Below are positions 51,374-64,000 of a stretch of 64,000 nt of DNA, in pieces. The position numbers and the translations under genes are program-made. Source of the stretch: Podarcis vaucheri (Eukaryota); assembly GCA_965113315.1 (NCBI GenBank), contig OZ220363.1, one strand, 5' to 3'. The first letter of the stretch is position 1, and each line of letters begins with the position of its first letter. The notes under the pieces were generated by a model, which searched no databases, had not been told where the DNA came from, and saw nothing but the letters and a program-made list of their open reading frames with translations.

Positions 51374-52371
51374 ATATGTCCTTTCCAGAAGCAGGGTAAA
51401 TATCATAAGCAGCATTGTTGGCAGAGCAAACCTGTGAAACAGGAGTAAATCTTAAATGAATAACTTTTATAGGAGTCCTAAGATATACAAATTATGTTTG
51501 CATTAAAGGCATATTCCGGTGTTATTGGTTTAATTTCCTTCCAATAAAGTGGCAGTCATATGATCCTTCACAGATGTCTAAAAGGTCAGTAGGGCTGGGC
51601 AAATGCACTGTTCCAAACACATTGTTCAGAAGCAGCACAAAGATTAGCTATGCTTCTTCCTTTTGTTTTGTTTTCTTAGGACCAATTTTGTATGTGGTTT
51701 GCTTAAGCGATTAGAGATCAACTCTAGTTTGCTATCATGGTTGTACACTTGCTTAACTTTCTTGGCAGTCTGAATCTCTGAATTTCAATTTTTTTTGTAA
51801 AGAATGACATAATACAATTAAGCACATAATCAAAGCCCTTGAGAAACCACAATAATCCTGCTCACAATATTAGTGACCTTAAAGCAAGGAACCAAGTCTG
51901 TTGGCAATACATTTTGAAGTCTGCAATATTTTGTCTGAAGGATCTTTTTCTTTTTTTCATTTCAAAATTTGGAAACTGTGGCAGAATTTAGACTGTACAC
52001 CTTATCCTGACTATTGCAAACCCTAGCAGCTGGCAGTAGATCTACTCACTTATTGACCACTCTGGCCACCAACATCCCCATCCTCAAAGAAGATTATGCA
52101 TTTTCTGAGAATTTAAGGCAAATTTCCCATGGCAACACATCTGCAGTGCCTCTCCAGCTGTTCCCATCCCTGCAAAACTGAAGCAAAGGCCAATCATTCC
52201 GTGATTTCCTATTATGTGCATATGTCACACATTGCTTTCTCAGGGAGTGATGCAGGTTTTTTGAAACATCCAAAGGCTGCATGTTACAGGTGGAAAAAAT
52301 GATTTCTAACCGGTCACATTTATACTAAAACATACTCAGCCAATTTATATACCACTCACTGAATATATATA

Positions 52372-52560
52372 CAGTGGTACCTCCAGTTGCGGACAGGATC
52401 TGTTCCAGAGGTCTGGCTGGATCCTGAGGTTTTTGCAACTGGAGAGATTGCTTCTGCGCACACGCATGTGGCAAAAACCCGGAAATATACTTCCGGGTTT
52501 GCTGCTTACGTATCCCGAAGTTTACGTCACCAGAGGGATATGTAAGCGAACGTACGACTG
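52372..52560. mobile_element. Tc1/mariner (Tigger-like) MITE
   Basis: TA|CAGTGGTACCTC left terminus, degenerate GTACGACTG right terminus, internal palindrome aaacccggaa...ttccgggttt. Confidence 0.75.
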
Positions 52561-52759
52561 TGTGTGTGTGTGTGTGTGTGTATTCCTGTAGGCTGTGAAC
52601 AATAAGAAAAAATTATCCAGGCTGTATTAATGCCATCAGAAATAGTGTCTGAACAGTTCGACACATTGGGTTGATATGGTGGCAGAATTTAGCTGTCTCT
52701 TGCCTTCCATTTGCCTGCTCTTCTACTGCCTGTGTTCATTTTGCTTGACTCAATATGCA

Positions 52760-52798
<39 letters not shown>

Positions 52799-53506
52799 TT
52801 GTGCCTTAGTTATGCAACTGCTAAAATTCATCAAGTCCCATCTACCACAGTCAGGAGCCAGGGACCCATGGGGCTCTCATCTGAAGTCCATGCTTATATT
52901 TTCATATTGTAATGTATGGTATGGAGACTCCCTTCTGTTTGACTTGTATTTTGGTAACTTATTTCAGATTTTCTCTATGATGGGGAGGGGGCAGAATATG
53001 ATTGTCACTTTGCCTTTTAGAGTTCTAGTCTGGCTTGTATTATTTTTGCGCATGTGTCTTCCTGCGATGACACTGGGGAGCTGTAGCGGGAGGGTGGGCA
53101 AGCAGCTCTGTGTTGCTTGATGTCCTGTTTGGCTTGCATCATTGTGGATCCTGATTGGCTGCTGGAACATGGAGGAGGAAGCGTTGGCAGCTCCAGTGGC
53201 ATTTAACTATTTTTTAAAGTTAAATGTTTCTTTGGTGAGCATGAAGTCTCCCTTTGACAATACAACTCAGAATCCACTTATGATAACTTTCCCATATGGA
53301 TTATCTGCAGAGGAATAGACAATGCCCTTTTTACCTTCAAATGTGCTGCTATCAAATATGCTGCCAAGAGTCTTTATGCTGTATTGATGTAGCTCCGTCT
53401 CCCCAAATAGAAAACTCTTTTTATTCTAGCGGTCATAACTGTTTCAAGTGTAAGAATCAAACAACAACAGAACAAAACGCTATGTGGTTAGTGTTTTATA
53501 TAAAGG

Positions 53507-53640
53507 CAGTGCTTTTTTTCAGGGGTTACTCAAGGGTACACGGTACCGGTACACCTCTCTTTTTTTGTTAAAAAATGTGGCACTTACTGTAACAGCTTCA
53601 TGGTGAGTACTGGCACCTGTTTTTCTAGAAACAAGCACTG
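53507..53640. mobile_element. hAT-type MITE with 8-bp target-site duplication
   Basis: Terminal inverted repeats CAGTGCTTTTT / AAACAAGCACTG; flanks TATAAAGG (53499-53506) and TATACAGG (53641-53648). Confidence 0.8.
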
Positions 53641-54624
53641 TATACAGGAATCAAGTATTATCTATCAGATAGTAAAGAGAATGCCACCGTAGAGCAGGTG
53701 TACATTCCTGCAACATGTATCCTCAAATCCCCCCCCCCAACACACATATGGAAGTGGAGCCAATTCAGTAAGTGGGAATTATAAGAGCAGGCGCAGGTTG
53801 AGATTCTGAATACACACCCTCCCCACCCCTCCCTAGCAACAGAAAAACAAAGACTGGACTAAAACGCAATTCTCTGGCAGAAACAGCAGTTTCCCACCAA
53901 AATCCAAGTAAGAGGTTAAAGCAATCAAGTTCTGAGAACTCTTCATTGACCTACCCCAATAAATGCTCACCACACAGGTACTAATGTGAGACATCCGGTT
54001 GTTATTAGTTAGTAATTTCAAAAGGTCAGGGTGCATGACTCACAACGAAAAATAATGAAAAATAAACAGTGAAAATTCATGTTATTTATTCATTTGTTTG
54101 TTGAAAATCTGATGCCCTGCACTTCCAATGCATTTGCATTGCTCATGGTGGCAGATGGTTATCTACGCACAGCATTTTGTGGGTGGTGTCACTGACGTCT
54201 CTTCTGGAGACTTCAATGCCTGAATTTGTGTGTGTATGTAATCAATGGTGACACATACGTTATTGCTTTCTTTCCTGGATTATTTCCAGTACTGCTGGGA
54301 TTATTATTATTATTTTAAAGAGTTGTTCTGTCTTAGGTAGGACTCTGAAATAGGTAACTGCCTACATGGAATTGCTGTGGAAGAAATAAACAATTCATCA
54401 TGGAAATGGAAAGGTAGACAAAGGGCAGGAAATAGAGAGAATGGTGCCTGTTTCTTCCCACAGAGCTATTTCCCCTGCTAAGGTAGGGCAGCAAGATCAC
54501 CAGATTGGTTCTGCAGATTAACTCAGTTACAGCACAAGAGACCCAGCCAGGGTGGGAGGAATGCCATAATGAGAACCCACAGCAAAATGTTGCTTGGATT
54601 AAAAAGCTTAGTGCCCTATACAAC

Positions 54625-55080
54625 ACCTCACTCCTGATTCTCCCTTCCCTTCCCCTACCTGTCACCCTGTTTCTAACTTCCTCTTCTGCAATCCGTACTG
54701 TGTCTTTCATTTTATACTTTTCTCCTTTCTCCCCTTTGTGTTCCACTGTTTATGCTGCCATTTCCCCTCCCTCCACCTCTGCTCCTGTCCATTCTCTCTC
54801 ACTTGATCACTCTGTTCTCCTCTGCCCCCAGCCCCACCTTCACCATCTCTTGTTCTTGGTCCTTTTCATCCTACCTTCTCCTTACTCCTCTTTGCTGCCT
54901 CTGCTCTCACCCAACTCCTCTGTTGCCTTCTCTCACTCACTCTGTCATAAATTGTCTTTCACTATCTCCTACCTCCTGCTTTCTCCTTATTGCCCCCTCC
55001 TCGCTGTCATCCTTTGGATTTCTTCTTTTCTCCACTCAGTTTCTCCTTCTGCTTCTTGCTTCTGTTGTCCTCCTTCTGTC
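54625..55080 (+). repeat. About 450-nt pyrimidine-rich low-complexity tract
   Basis: Strong C/T skew; explains the spurious 199-aa and 124-aa ORFs. Confidence 0.8.
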
Positions 55081-57473
55081 AAGAGCCTGTGTGATGGTTT
55101 TTGAAAGCCTGCCACGCAAACCCTGACCCATACAGATTATGAGACAGCCAAAGAGCATAGCAAGATTGACATATACTGCATGCTTGTGCAGTTGTATTCA
55201 AAACCTTTTGCGTGTGGGGCGGGGAGAAGTGCTCCATCTGTTTCTCAACCCCCCACCCCCAATTTTTTGTGTTTCTATATTCCTCAAGATTCACCAAGCA
55301 TGCAGGTATCTTTCTCTTGCTCTTTTGTCAACCCATCTTGGCTACAAAGCTTGTTGAGGCTGACCTCCCATCTCTCACACTTTGTTCTACAGCATTATTG
55401 TGGTGCCCGCTGCAGCATGGTGCCCAGTGCAGGTATCTGATGTGGTGGAGCGGCAATCACCCACCCCCAATGTGCTAGGGACTTGTACCATGTTCGGTCT
55501 CTGAAGCGTCACACCCAACCTGGGCTGTGGTGAAGTCACCAGGCATTGGCAGCCAATGGCTCCTGTCTACAGACTACCACTTCAAGTAGCACTGCCTTAG
55601 TGTTCATGTGCACAAACAGTAACATCCCATTTTATGTGTAGAACGATATAACTGATCATTTAGAAGTTATTTAGCAATATGGGGGTAAATCTGTTTGAGT
55701 AGTTTGGAATCTTCCCCCGCCCCCAAGATATAACTATGATCCGGTTCAGCATCACTTGTTGAAATGAATCAAGTATTCCTCAGTTTCGTGAAGCATCCTG
55801 ATATTTTGGTTTTGACTGATTAGTGGGTATCTGTAAGCCACAGGTTGGCAACTCAATTCCAAATCACCAGAGTTCTTTCCTTTCTTCCTGTTTGTTTCCT
55901 CCTTGCTTTTCTCTCTCTTTGTGTAGTTTTAGAGCAACTGAAAGTGATAGTATTTTCTTTGATAAAAATAACTTGATTTTTTTTAAAATTTAAAGCTCCT
56001 GGTTGTTTGGCTTAGAGTAAATAAGTTTTCCCCTAGTCATGCAGTTGGTAGGCTACTGTCCTGTGTGTTTGTAGCATACTAAAGTCAGAACAGAAATACT
56101 TCCTCTTGCTTTCCAGAAAAAAGGTGCATTGCACTTTAAGTGTCCTCTGTACACCTATTTGAAAGTCACCCTATCAAACTAAATGAGGCTTACTTTTCAG
56201 TAAACCTGGATGAGATTGTGACTTCTAACATGAGATGCACATTGTGAAAATTGAAGTAGGGTGGTCTCTTTCCATTTAGTTCATGAGAACACATAGAGTA
56301 ATGATCCATAAGAAAATGGCTTAGATATACTTCAGAGCCTTAAACTATTAAGTTTTAGCAGCAGGAACTTATCGGCTTATAGTTGGGAAGGCAGTGAGCA
56401 AGAAAGAACTCTGCCATTGCTATAGATTGTTCATCATTTATAAAAGCAAACCGTCCAAAGCATGTGCTTGCAGTGTAAATTTTGATTACCCCATCTGCTT
56501 CTGAGCAGAGTTTAACCAGCAATTCTCATAATGCAACAATTATGACTCCCCCCTCCCTTTCTGGGTCACCCACGTAAAGCTGTCCATGTGATTCCCCACC
56601 CCCATCCCTGGCAGGCTCTTGAATTGACTGTGATGCATAAAGGGGTCGATCGACAAAGCGGTTGCCTGGGTGGAAAGACACATACACAAATGAATCAAGA
56701 GCACAAAGATTTCATGTTTGCTTCCCACACTCAAGACTTTGAGAAATATTCATTTTTCTGTCACCTCCTTTGGGGTTCTGCACTGAAGGGGACAGGTAGG
56801 CGTTTTCAAATAGCAATAATTTGTGCTTCTATGGCCTTTTGCATCTGCACCCAGGGAGCACTGCATATGTGAATCACAAGCAGGCTTTTCTTTTTCCTCC
56901 CCTCCCCCTTTCTATCCTTTAAAATATCTGAGCTATGCCCGATAGTTGTGGAGGTGGGGAGGGAATAAGGAAGCATGCTGAGTCCTCTTCTTCTGCTATT
57001 ACTATCTTTCATCCAGTACAATGTCATCATAAGGTCAAGAGTGACAGCAAGAGGCTACCCTGCAGTAGGCTGCATGCTGACAGTGCCATGCAGAAACAAT
57101 AGAGTAAGGGAAAGGCCAGGTGATGGAGAAGTTCACTCAGCAGAAGCAGGGCTAGGGGCTAAAGGTGCTATGGCAGTGAAGAACAGATGGACGAGATATG
57201 GGGAAGCTGAATTGGATATTTAAATGTTACTTACCTTCTGTTCCACCTTCCAGCCTCAGAAATGCTCATATACTCTGTCCAACCATTGATCAGTTTTTAG
57301 AGTCTGTATCTGACACTGGGAATTCAAGATATGATTAGCAACTAGTCTACTAGGAGTGGAGTTGCACTGCTGGCCCCATCTCATTCATTGGGCACGTTAT
57401 TGGCCCTATAATGACCAAAAACCTGTGTTTTTATATTGCAAACTGCCCTGTGATCTTTGGATGATGAGCAGTA

Positions 57474-57514
57474 GAATGAATGAATGAATGAATGAATGAA
57501 TGAATGAATGAATG
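57474..57514 (+). repeat. (GAAT)n microsatellite; also (GCTT)n at 52759-52791 and (TACA)n at 44778-44806
   Basis: Seen directly. Confidence 0.95.
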
Positions 57515-60500
57515 TTGTGGATGCCTGAAATGAAGAAGCCTATGGCTGAGCAGCTGCTTGCATTCAGACTTCGACAAAATTTGTAAGACTTTTTAGGAAG
57601 GCTTGGTACAAAGAGTTAGTTATAATGTAAGAGATTGCATGGATTTGCCGGCCCCCGTGCCCCCAACACCTCTGAATTGATTTTCAAGGAGGGATTCATT
57701 CTGTTTGCTCTTTAATGTTGTGACACGGTCTTCTTGTTACCATTGTCATGGCACCCTCTTCTGCCAGACACTTGTGTTGGGTTGCAAATAATCCACTATC
57801 ACCTGTGCCTGGTCAGTAAATTAGACCAGGCTTTGAACATAGCTCCCATTGTGAAGTTATATTTAATGTACAAACCTACATGAACTTTGGAAGGGTTTTT
57901 GTAGAGCATGGAAATAGCCTAGTCATATTGGCTGACAGTCTTGGAATGTATGTGTGCCTTTTACAGGAGAATGCATCTTGGAACAATTTCAGAAATTGTG
58001 GGATACAGTACACCATATTCACACTTGGTTTAGTTTTTGTGCGCGTTTGATATTTTGTGTTAATTTATAGGCAAGATTAATGTGTGGTGTGTATGTAAAT
58101 GGTAAAGGAATCCTATCTTTTCAAGATGCAGGAGCTGCTGAAAGATCTTCAGGTTACTTATAACTCTGTGATTATCCATGGCTTTAATCAAATTAATAAG
58201 ACATTTATGTTTGACTAGTACAAATCATATGGTGTGCATTATTGGCGCTCTTCCACATTATCCAAAAGAGATGCTTGAAAGGTTGCCAGAGGACATCCTT
58301 CCCAAACTTCTCAACACACCCACAATTTATTATAACCAGGTCAGTTTTAAAAGCAAAAACAACTTTCATACTTAATGTTGAATTAGGGGATAAACAGTGT
58401 GTTTTAAGAATATCTAACCCTTAATATAGAGACAGTGAAATCTGAATTTCTGTTTTGAATTTGGGACTGTTTTCTAAGCACCCTTAGAAACACTGTTTTA
58501 TGTAAGAGCATCACACTGTAATCACTGAAAGATGCAACTCTTATAGGCATCTGGTTCATTCTGAGCAAAGCTCTCTTATTTATGATTTGCTGCTTCTCAA
58601 CCACACAATTGATATACACCTTCATTCTTGTAACCTTAAGCTACAGTTTAGCATTGCATTTAAACACAACCATAGAAGAGACTGAAGACAGCCAAACAGC
58701 TTTTTAAAAAGCATAATATTGAAATAGAGGAGTTGAATGTCCTTAGCCAGCTAATCAGATTGTCAGCCCATCACTGCCTTGTAGTTTAGGCAGTGTGAAA
58801 AAATCATTTTACAATCAATACCTTCATAAGATGTCTTTGTAGTGCAAACACCATAGCTTTCAGCTAAACCTCATGTTAGTGAACTGTTTGCTATTCGAGC
58901 TAATTGCTTATGCAATGTCTGTAAATCACAAGATGCTTCTGATGTACATGTGATCTCGCTGTAGGCAGAATGGCTGAATCTTCCAAAGCATAAGGGAAGC
59001 CCAGTTACTGTACTGACATAAAAGTTGGCAGCCCATGCAAGTTGCAGAGGTGGTACAAAGTCTCTGTTCAGAATGACTGTGTGGTGCTAAATTGCAGGAA
59101 ATAAACCATGTTGCAAACCTATAAAGCTTCACTGGAAAGTCAGACAGGCAAGGGGAGGGGGAAAGAGAGAGAGAGACAGACAGAAACATTTTCAGTTTTG
59201 CCTTCAACCGCAAAGAGGCTGCAGCCAGCAAAGGAGCAGAATGTTAAAGTGGATGAGTTCGAGGCAACCAAAACAGATCAAGAAGAGAGTGAGTATGACC
59301 TGAACCCCTCCCTTTCCTCTTACATCACATTAGGTCAAGGGGATAATAATAGTATAATCATGATCAGCTAGTAAAATGAACTATTCAAACCCAAGTCTGT
59401 AAAGGTACAAACAGTGTTCCAATTCAATTTCTAATTAGGAGAAGGAGAGTTCTCCCGTTTTGAAGAAGCCAGATTTTATTTTGCTACTTGAATTAACAAT
59501 TTAGGATGTAAATGTGTTGTAAGAATTCGTAGAGTGGGAATGGTATTTGTGTAAATATGGTGGACAATCATTTGTGTAAATGCTGAAAAACAGCTCCATG
59601 TTATAGGGACATGGTCACTAACAGTTACCATTCAGTCAAGATTTCTAGCAAATGGGTGAAGAACTTGAAAAGATCAGAATAGACTTGTGGCAGAATAAAC
59701 TTGCAAGCATTTTAAGTAGGTGTAAAGTTGAAATGGAAAGTGTAAATACTGTGATGTTGTGTTTTGTCAGCTTATTAGAGGCTACCTAAGTGTTTAAGCG
59801 AGGACCTAAAAAATAATTATCCATTTCTCTAGAATAAGCAGCTCCAGTCCACAGATTCCTTTTTAATATACATATTTGCTGTCAAAGAGAGTATCAAGGA
59901 AGTGCTTCCTCAGACCACCCATAAAAGGGGATAATGGGTGTGGTGAAATGTTGCAGACATTCCCTCTCTGCTGCTGAGCAAACTGCCCTGTTGGGGTTAT
60001 TTGCAGTCCAGCATGTCTTTCATAAATGGGAGCACTTGTGGAAAGTTAACTAAAGGAGGAACCGTGTATGATCATGCAGTTAAAGGCTTCTTTTTTATTT
60101 TTTTGTACTTTTTTATTTTCAACACTCTTGTTGTTTTAAGTGCCCATTTAATATATGTCTTTCATGCTGTCCCTAAACATTGGAGACCTGGAAATGAGTA
60201 CATTGTACTGATATCAATGACAATTATCTAATGGTTTGAGAGTAGGGGGAAACATAGCTAATGTTGATTCCCAGCTAGCTCTGTCCATTTCGAACTAGCT
60301 ATGTGCATATGCCTGGTTTGGGTGAGGTTCATATTTACACTGGCATTTTACAAGCCAAACCCTGATAACAGTAGTGCATGCACATGAACAACCTGGCTCA
60401 ATATTCCTATTTACTAGAAGCTAGTGTGTGTACCCTTTTCCCCTCAACAGCTCCACGCTGACACTGTAGTTTGTGTTTTTTTATTGCTCACTCATTCATG

Positions 60501-63500
60501 CATAGAGCCTGTGGGTGCATTCAGACATGAGGATTATTGTGTTAGTTTTCCTGGTTATAATGCTAGTGCTTCTGTCCCCGTTTCTAACATTCAGCACCTC
60601 CACATGACACTAAATTCCATTCATTGCAGAAGGTGTGGTGTGACACAACAGCTCACATTATCCAACATGTTTCCATCCCCCACCTTTTATGTGCGTGTGA
60701 GCTTCTGTTCCCCCATGCTCCCCCTACGAAATTTTATGCTGGAACACCATCCCAAATCTTATCTCACAATTTTCCAGGTTAATTGGTTAGCCAGCTGATT
60801 TTTTTCTGGAAGCCATTAACATGGAAATGTTAGCATTAAACTTCCACTAGAGTCCACTAGATTTACAGAAGGGGCTTTTATATTGTGTGAAAGATTGAAA
60901 ATTATCAGGTAAGGAAACATTGGGGAAACAGAGTAAAGTGCTGTCTGAACACACCCTGCCTTACCTCTAGCCCGTTAAATAATATTTAGGATTTGGCCAC
61001 TGCTTATATAAGGCTGTTACACAAAAATAAAATATTGTTTTGGAAATATATATTTAACTTACTTTCCTCTTTCATTTTCTTCATTTTGACGCTTGCTTAT
61101 AAAGTCCTTAAGGCAAGCAGGGCACTTAATAAATAACTTCAGGCATATATTCCCCGGTTAAGGAATGAGTTACTCTGGCAAATCATTTACATCTGCTAAA
61201 ACAGGGATATTATTGATAGAAAGTGACAGGTGAAAACACCAGGAAAGGTAATTTACAATATATATTATTTGCATGCTCTACACTACAAATTTGATCAAAG
61301 TGCTAACAATATTAACTTTGTAGTGACACACTGTTGCCTTAATCTTTTATCAAACAATTTTATAATTCTGTAACAGCTACTGTAACAGTAACAGATACCG
61401 TTATTAAACATTTCTGCAAATCTAAGACGCTAAAGAGAAGCTATTGTTTATTTGAAGATTCAAGGTTATCCTGAGAATATTATCGCAGGCCATGCAACTT
61501 TGTGTGAAAGCTTGGCTGATGAAAAGAATGGTTCAGATCATGCATTGAACCAATTTTTAACAAAGGTTTTACTCAGTGATCCCTTCTGGGGTTTGGGTTT
61601 TGGAACCTCTTTACTGGTTGAAGCATTTACAAGGTTTCTAGATGGGTGAGAAAACAAGCTGTGGGTCTAGCTTTAATTAAAGATTATTTCATTGAAGAGT
61701 GACTCAGTGATCTCTTAGGGTAGGCTGCGAGGTGTGGAGCTAGGGAAAGGGAGAAGAAAGGAGAGGCAACTAGGCTAACAAGCCGTTCTAATTGTACATT
61801 CTAATTGAACATTCGTATAAGTTTGGTAGGATTCATTAGCACTTGCTTCAGGTCAGATACGTTCACTGCTTTGTATGCTTCAGAGATACCGTGACTCCGA
61901 GGAGGTTTTCATATCAAAAGGGTCTCTTTCAGGCCACATAGAATCTAATAATAAATCATATGGCAAGAAGTGGCAGTGCATCCAGGATTCTGCCTTCAGA
62001 TCCCAGGGAGATGGACAATATTCTCATGACTTTGGCTTTTTGTTTCCCTCCTGTCTGTAAGATGCATGTTCTTGTTATGATCGTTTTAGAAATAACGGAT
62101 GTTTCATTGTTACTTGTGCCTCAGTAAGAGTAAGTATAGCATAGTGGTTATGGTACTAAAGTGAAAGTACTAGGAAGTATCTAGTTCAATCCTTATCTCT
62201 GTTAATGAGCTCACTAGGTAGCACTAGTCTGTAAGCATATATACACCTACCTTCAAGGAAATCTTATTGAACTCAGTGGAGCTTATTCCTGAGTAGACAT
62301 ATATGCTATCATTCCTCTAGTACTATGGAAATACTTAAATATGATAGGTTTTATGATCCATTACAGTGATGTATTACAATCAAAATAGCCTCAACAATTA
62401 AAAGGTCTGCCCTTAAAACTAGCAGCCCTAATATTACTTGACAAGTAAACATGATAGATATAGAGAAAAAGCATGTATATTTTACATATTACAAATAATA
62501 TTTCCCCATAGGGCGGGGAGAGATTTGAGGAATTTATTCAGCATAGTGGACCACTGGAGACGCTTATCAAACAGTATACAATGGGGAAGACATTTTTTAT
62601 AATATATAAAATATACAAGCTTTTTCCTCTTCCACACACCAACATCCTTTGATACAACCAGAGCATTGGTAAAGTACAAGCGCATAATGATCCAAACTCT
62701 TTGAGTCTAAGGAAGATTATTTCCTATCCGAAGCACCCTCTTAAAAAAAAGCCTACCCAACCTTCCATTGGGGAAAAAGGGGGGCGGTCACAATCCTGTA
62801 TTCTGCATTCTGTGGAAACAGAATTCTGAAATTTGACCTATAAAGGCAAGTTCTTCCATTATTTCCTAGATGTGGCACAGGGCTTTTTAGCTTGTTTTCC
62901 AGTGTCTTATGAACGGGCCATTTATTTCATGGCAGATTATTAAAGGGAGCCGATCAGAGGGTGAATAATATGTAACTAGGCTATCACCACCCCCTAAGCG
63001 AGCACATGATATTCACTGTCCTAAGCTTTAAAGAATACAGCTTGGACAGATAGTAGATCCTGGAATGGAATCCATTCTCAAATTTTACTTTTATGCTTAT
63101 CATTCTTCTATATAATATGGGCTTTTTCACATACTCCCCCATGAGTTACTATGACGACTGCCAGAACATAAAATAACAGCTTCCAGACAATATGGGCACT
63201 GCCTTACAAAGTGTTTCTGGCTCATAAGAGCTGAAGTGATTGAAGTGCTAAATTATTCATTGTTGTTCAAAGAGATTACCCACAGATTAATGAACTTTGA
63301 AAATTCTGGACTAGAATAGACACCACAGAGAAGCACAGAGAAAATTTCCAAAAATGGTGGTAATCAAATAAAAATGTGTGCAGTAGATGTATTTGCTGTG
63401 TTAGTGATGTTGCTGCATGCTGAGTCTGGAGGTGTTGATGTACAAACCCACTATACTAGCTGTGTGTGTGTGTGTGTACATGTGTTTGTGTGTTTATATA

Positions 63501-64000
63501 TTTTTATATAAAATGTGCTTATATGTGTACAGTGGAAAGCAATGCAGTGTGTAAAAGATTTCTTAATTATGCTCAATTTGAACACAATTAAACTAACAAA
63601 TCTCTCCTTGATTCAGAGTTGTTCTCTTGGACATATTGTTCAGGGAATTTTGCTTTGTGAAGCAGGGGACATTCTCTGCTGAGGTTTGCTCTTCATGATG
63701 ATTTTGACACAGAAGTGTGTTTGTCAAGATAAGGAGATGCAGACAAAACTCTTCCTTACAAGTTGGGTCACTATCCATCATTTTGTTTTATGACTATACT
63801 GCAAGTTGTGAGAAGAGTGTGGAGAGTGTTCAAATAGTTCCAGAGTTCTAGAAGTCACTCCAAGGAATTGAACACACTTCAATACAGGTTTGATTATTGA
63901 TGCTATCCTTAGTTCTGGTGCTGTATAATTATTTGGAGACAATAATGTGCATATGGTGATTAAAAGAGAGGTGTATTATTTAGTGACCATCAGAAGAAAT

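Noticed and set aside
54193-54200. CRE-like TGACGTCT
   Set aside because: A single imperfect 8-mer is expected by chance in 64 kb.
54505-55126. 199-aa and 124-aa ORFs, and the antisense 137-aa ORF
   Set aside because: Produced by a C/T-rich low-complexity tract that lacks stop codons; L/S/P/F-biased with no recognisable domain.
60166-60231. AVPKHWRPG resembling the Kal7 tail VPRWHLGPG
   Set aside because: Weak chance similarity, no adjacent acceptor giving DGNL, and no terminal STYV-type motif.

Overview
This is AT-rich vertebrate genomic DNA. The repeats (Sauria/Squam1 SINE, a tRNA-Lys SINE with a CR1 tail, Penelope/Neptune, CR1, L2, hAT and Tigger MITEs) point to a squamate, probably a lacertid lizard. 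The whole window lies inside the + strand KALRN (kalirin RhoGEF kinase) gene. I traced 21 coding exons by hand from 3172 to 49365. They total 2764 nt, splice into one uninterrupted frame, and encode the C-terminal spectrin repeats, the DH1/PH1 Rac-GEF and the linker up to ...QNTVDSDK (roughly mammalian exons 13-33, numbering from memory). The next exon (Kalirin-7 PDZ tail or SH3 exon) was not found in the last 14.6 kb. Main observations: (1) minimal hammerhead ribozyme motifs from Penelope-like elements, one in the sense strand of the KALRN pre-mRNA inside a loop closed by inverted CR1 tails; (2) a GC-AG intron whose exon begins with a potential recursive GT donor; (3) a 27-nt alternative acceptor with a 130-nt AG-exclusion zone and a YCAY cluster; (4) a 1.2-kb non-coding L1-like retroelement flanked by a target-site duplication. 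Almost all other ORF-track entries are spurious. I cannot support a wholly new biological system; the findings are locus-specific, testable hypotheses.
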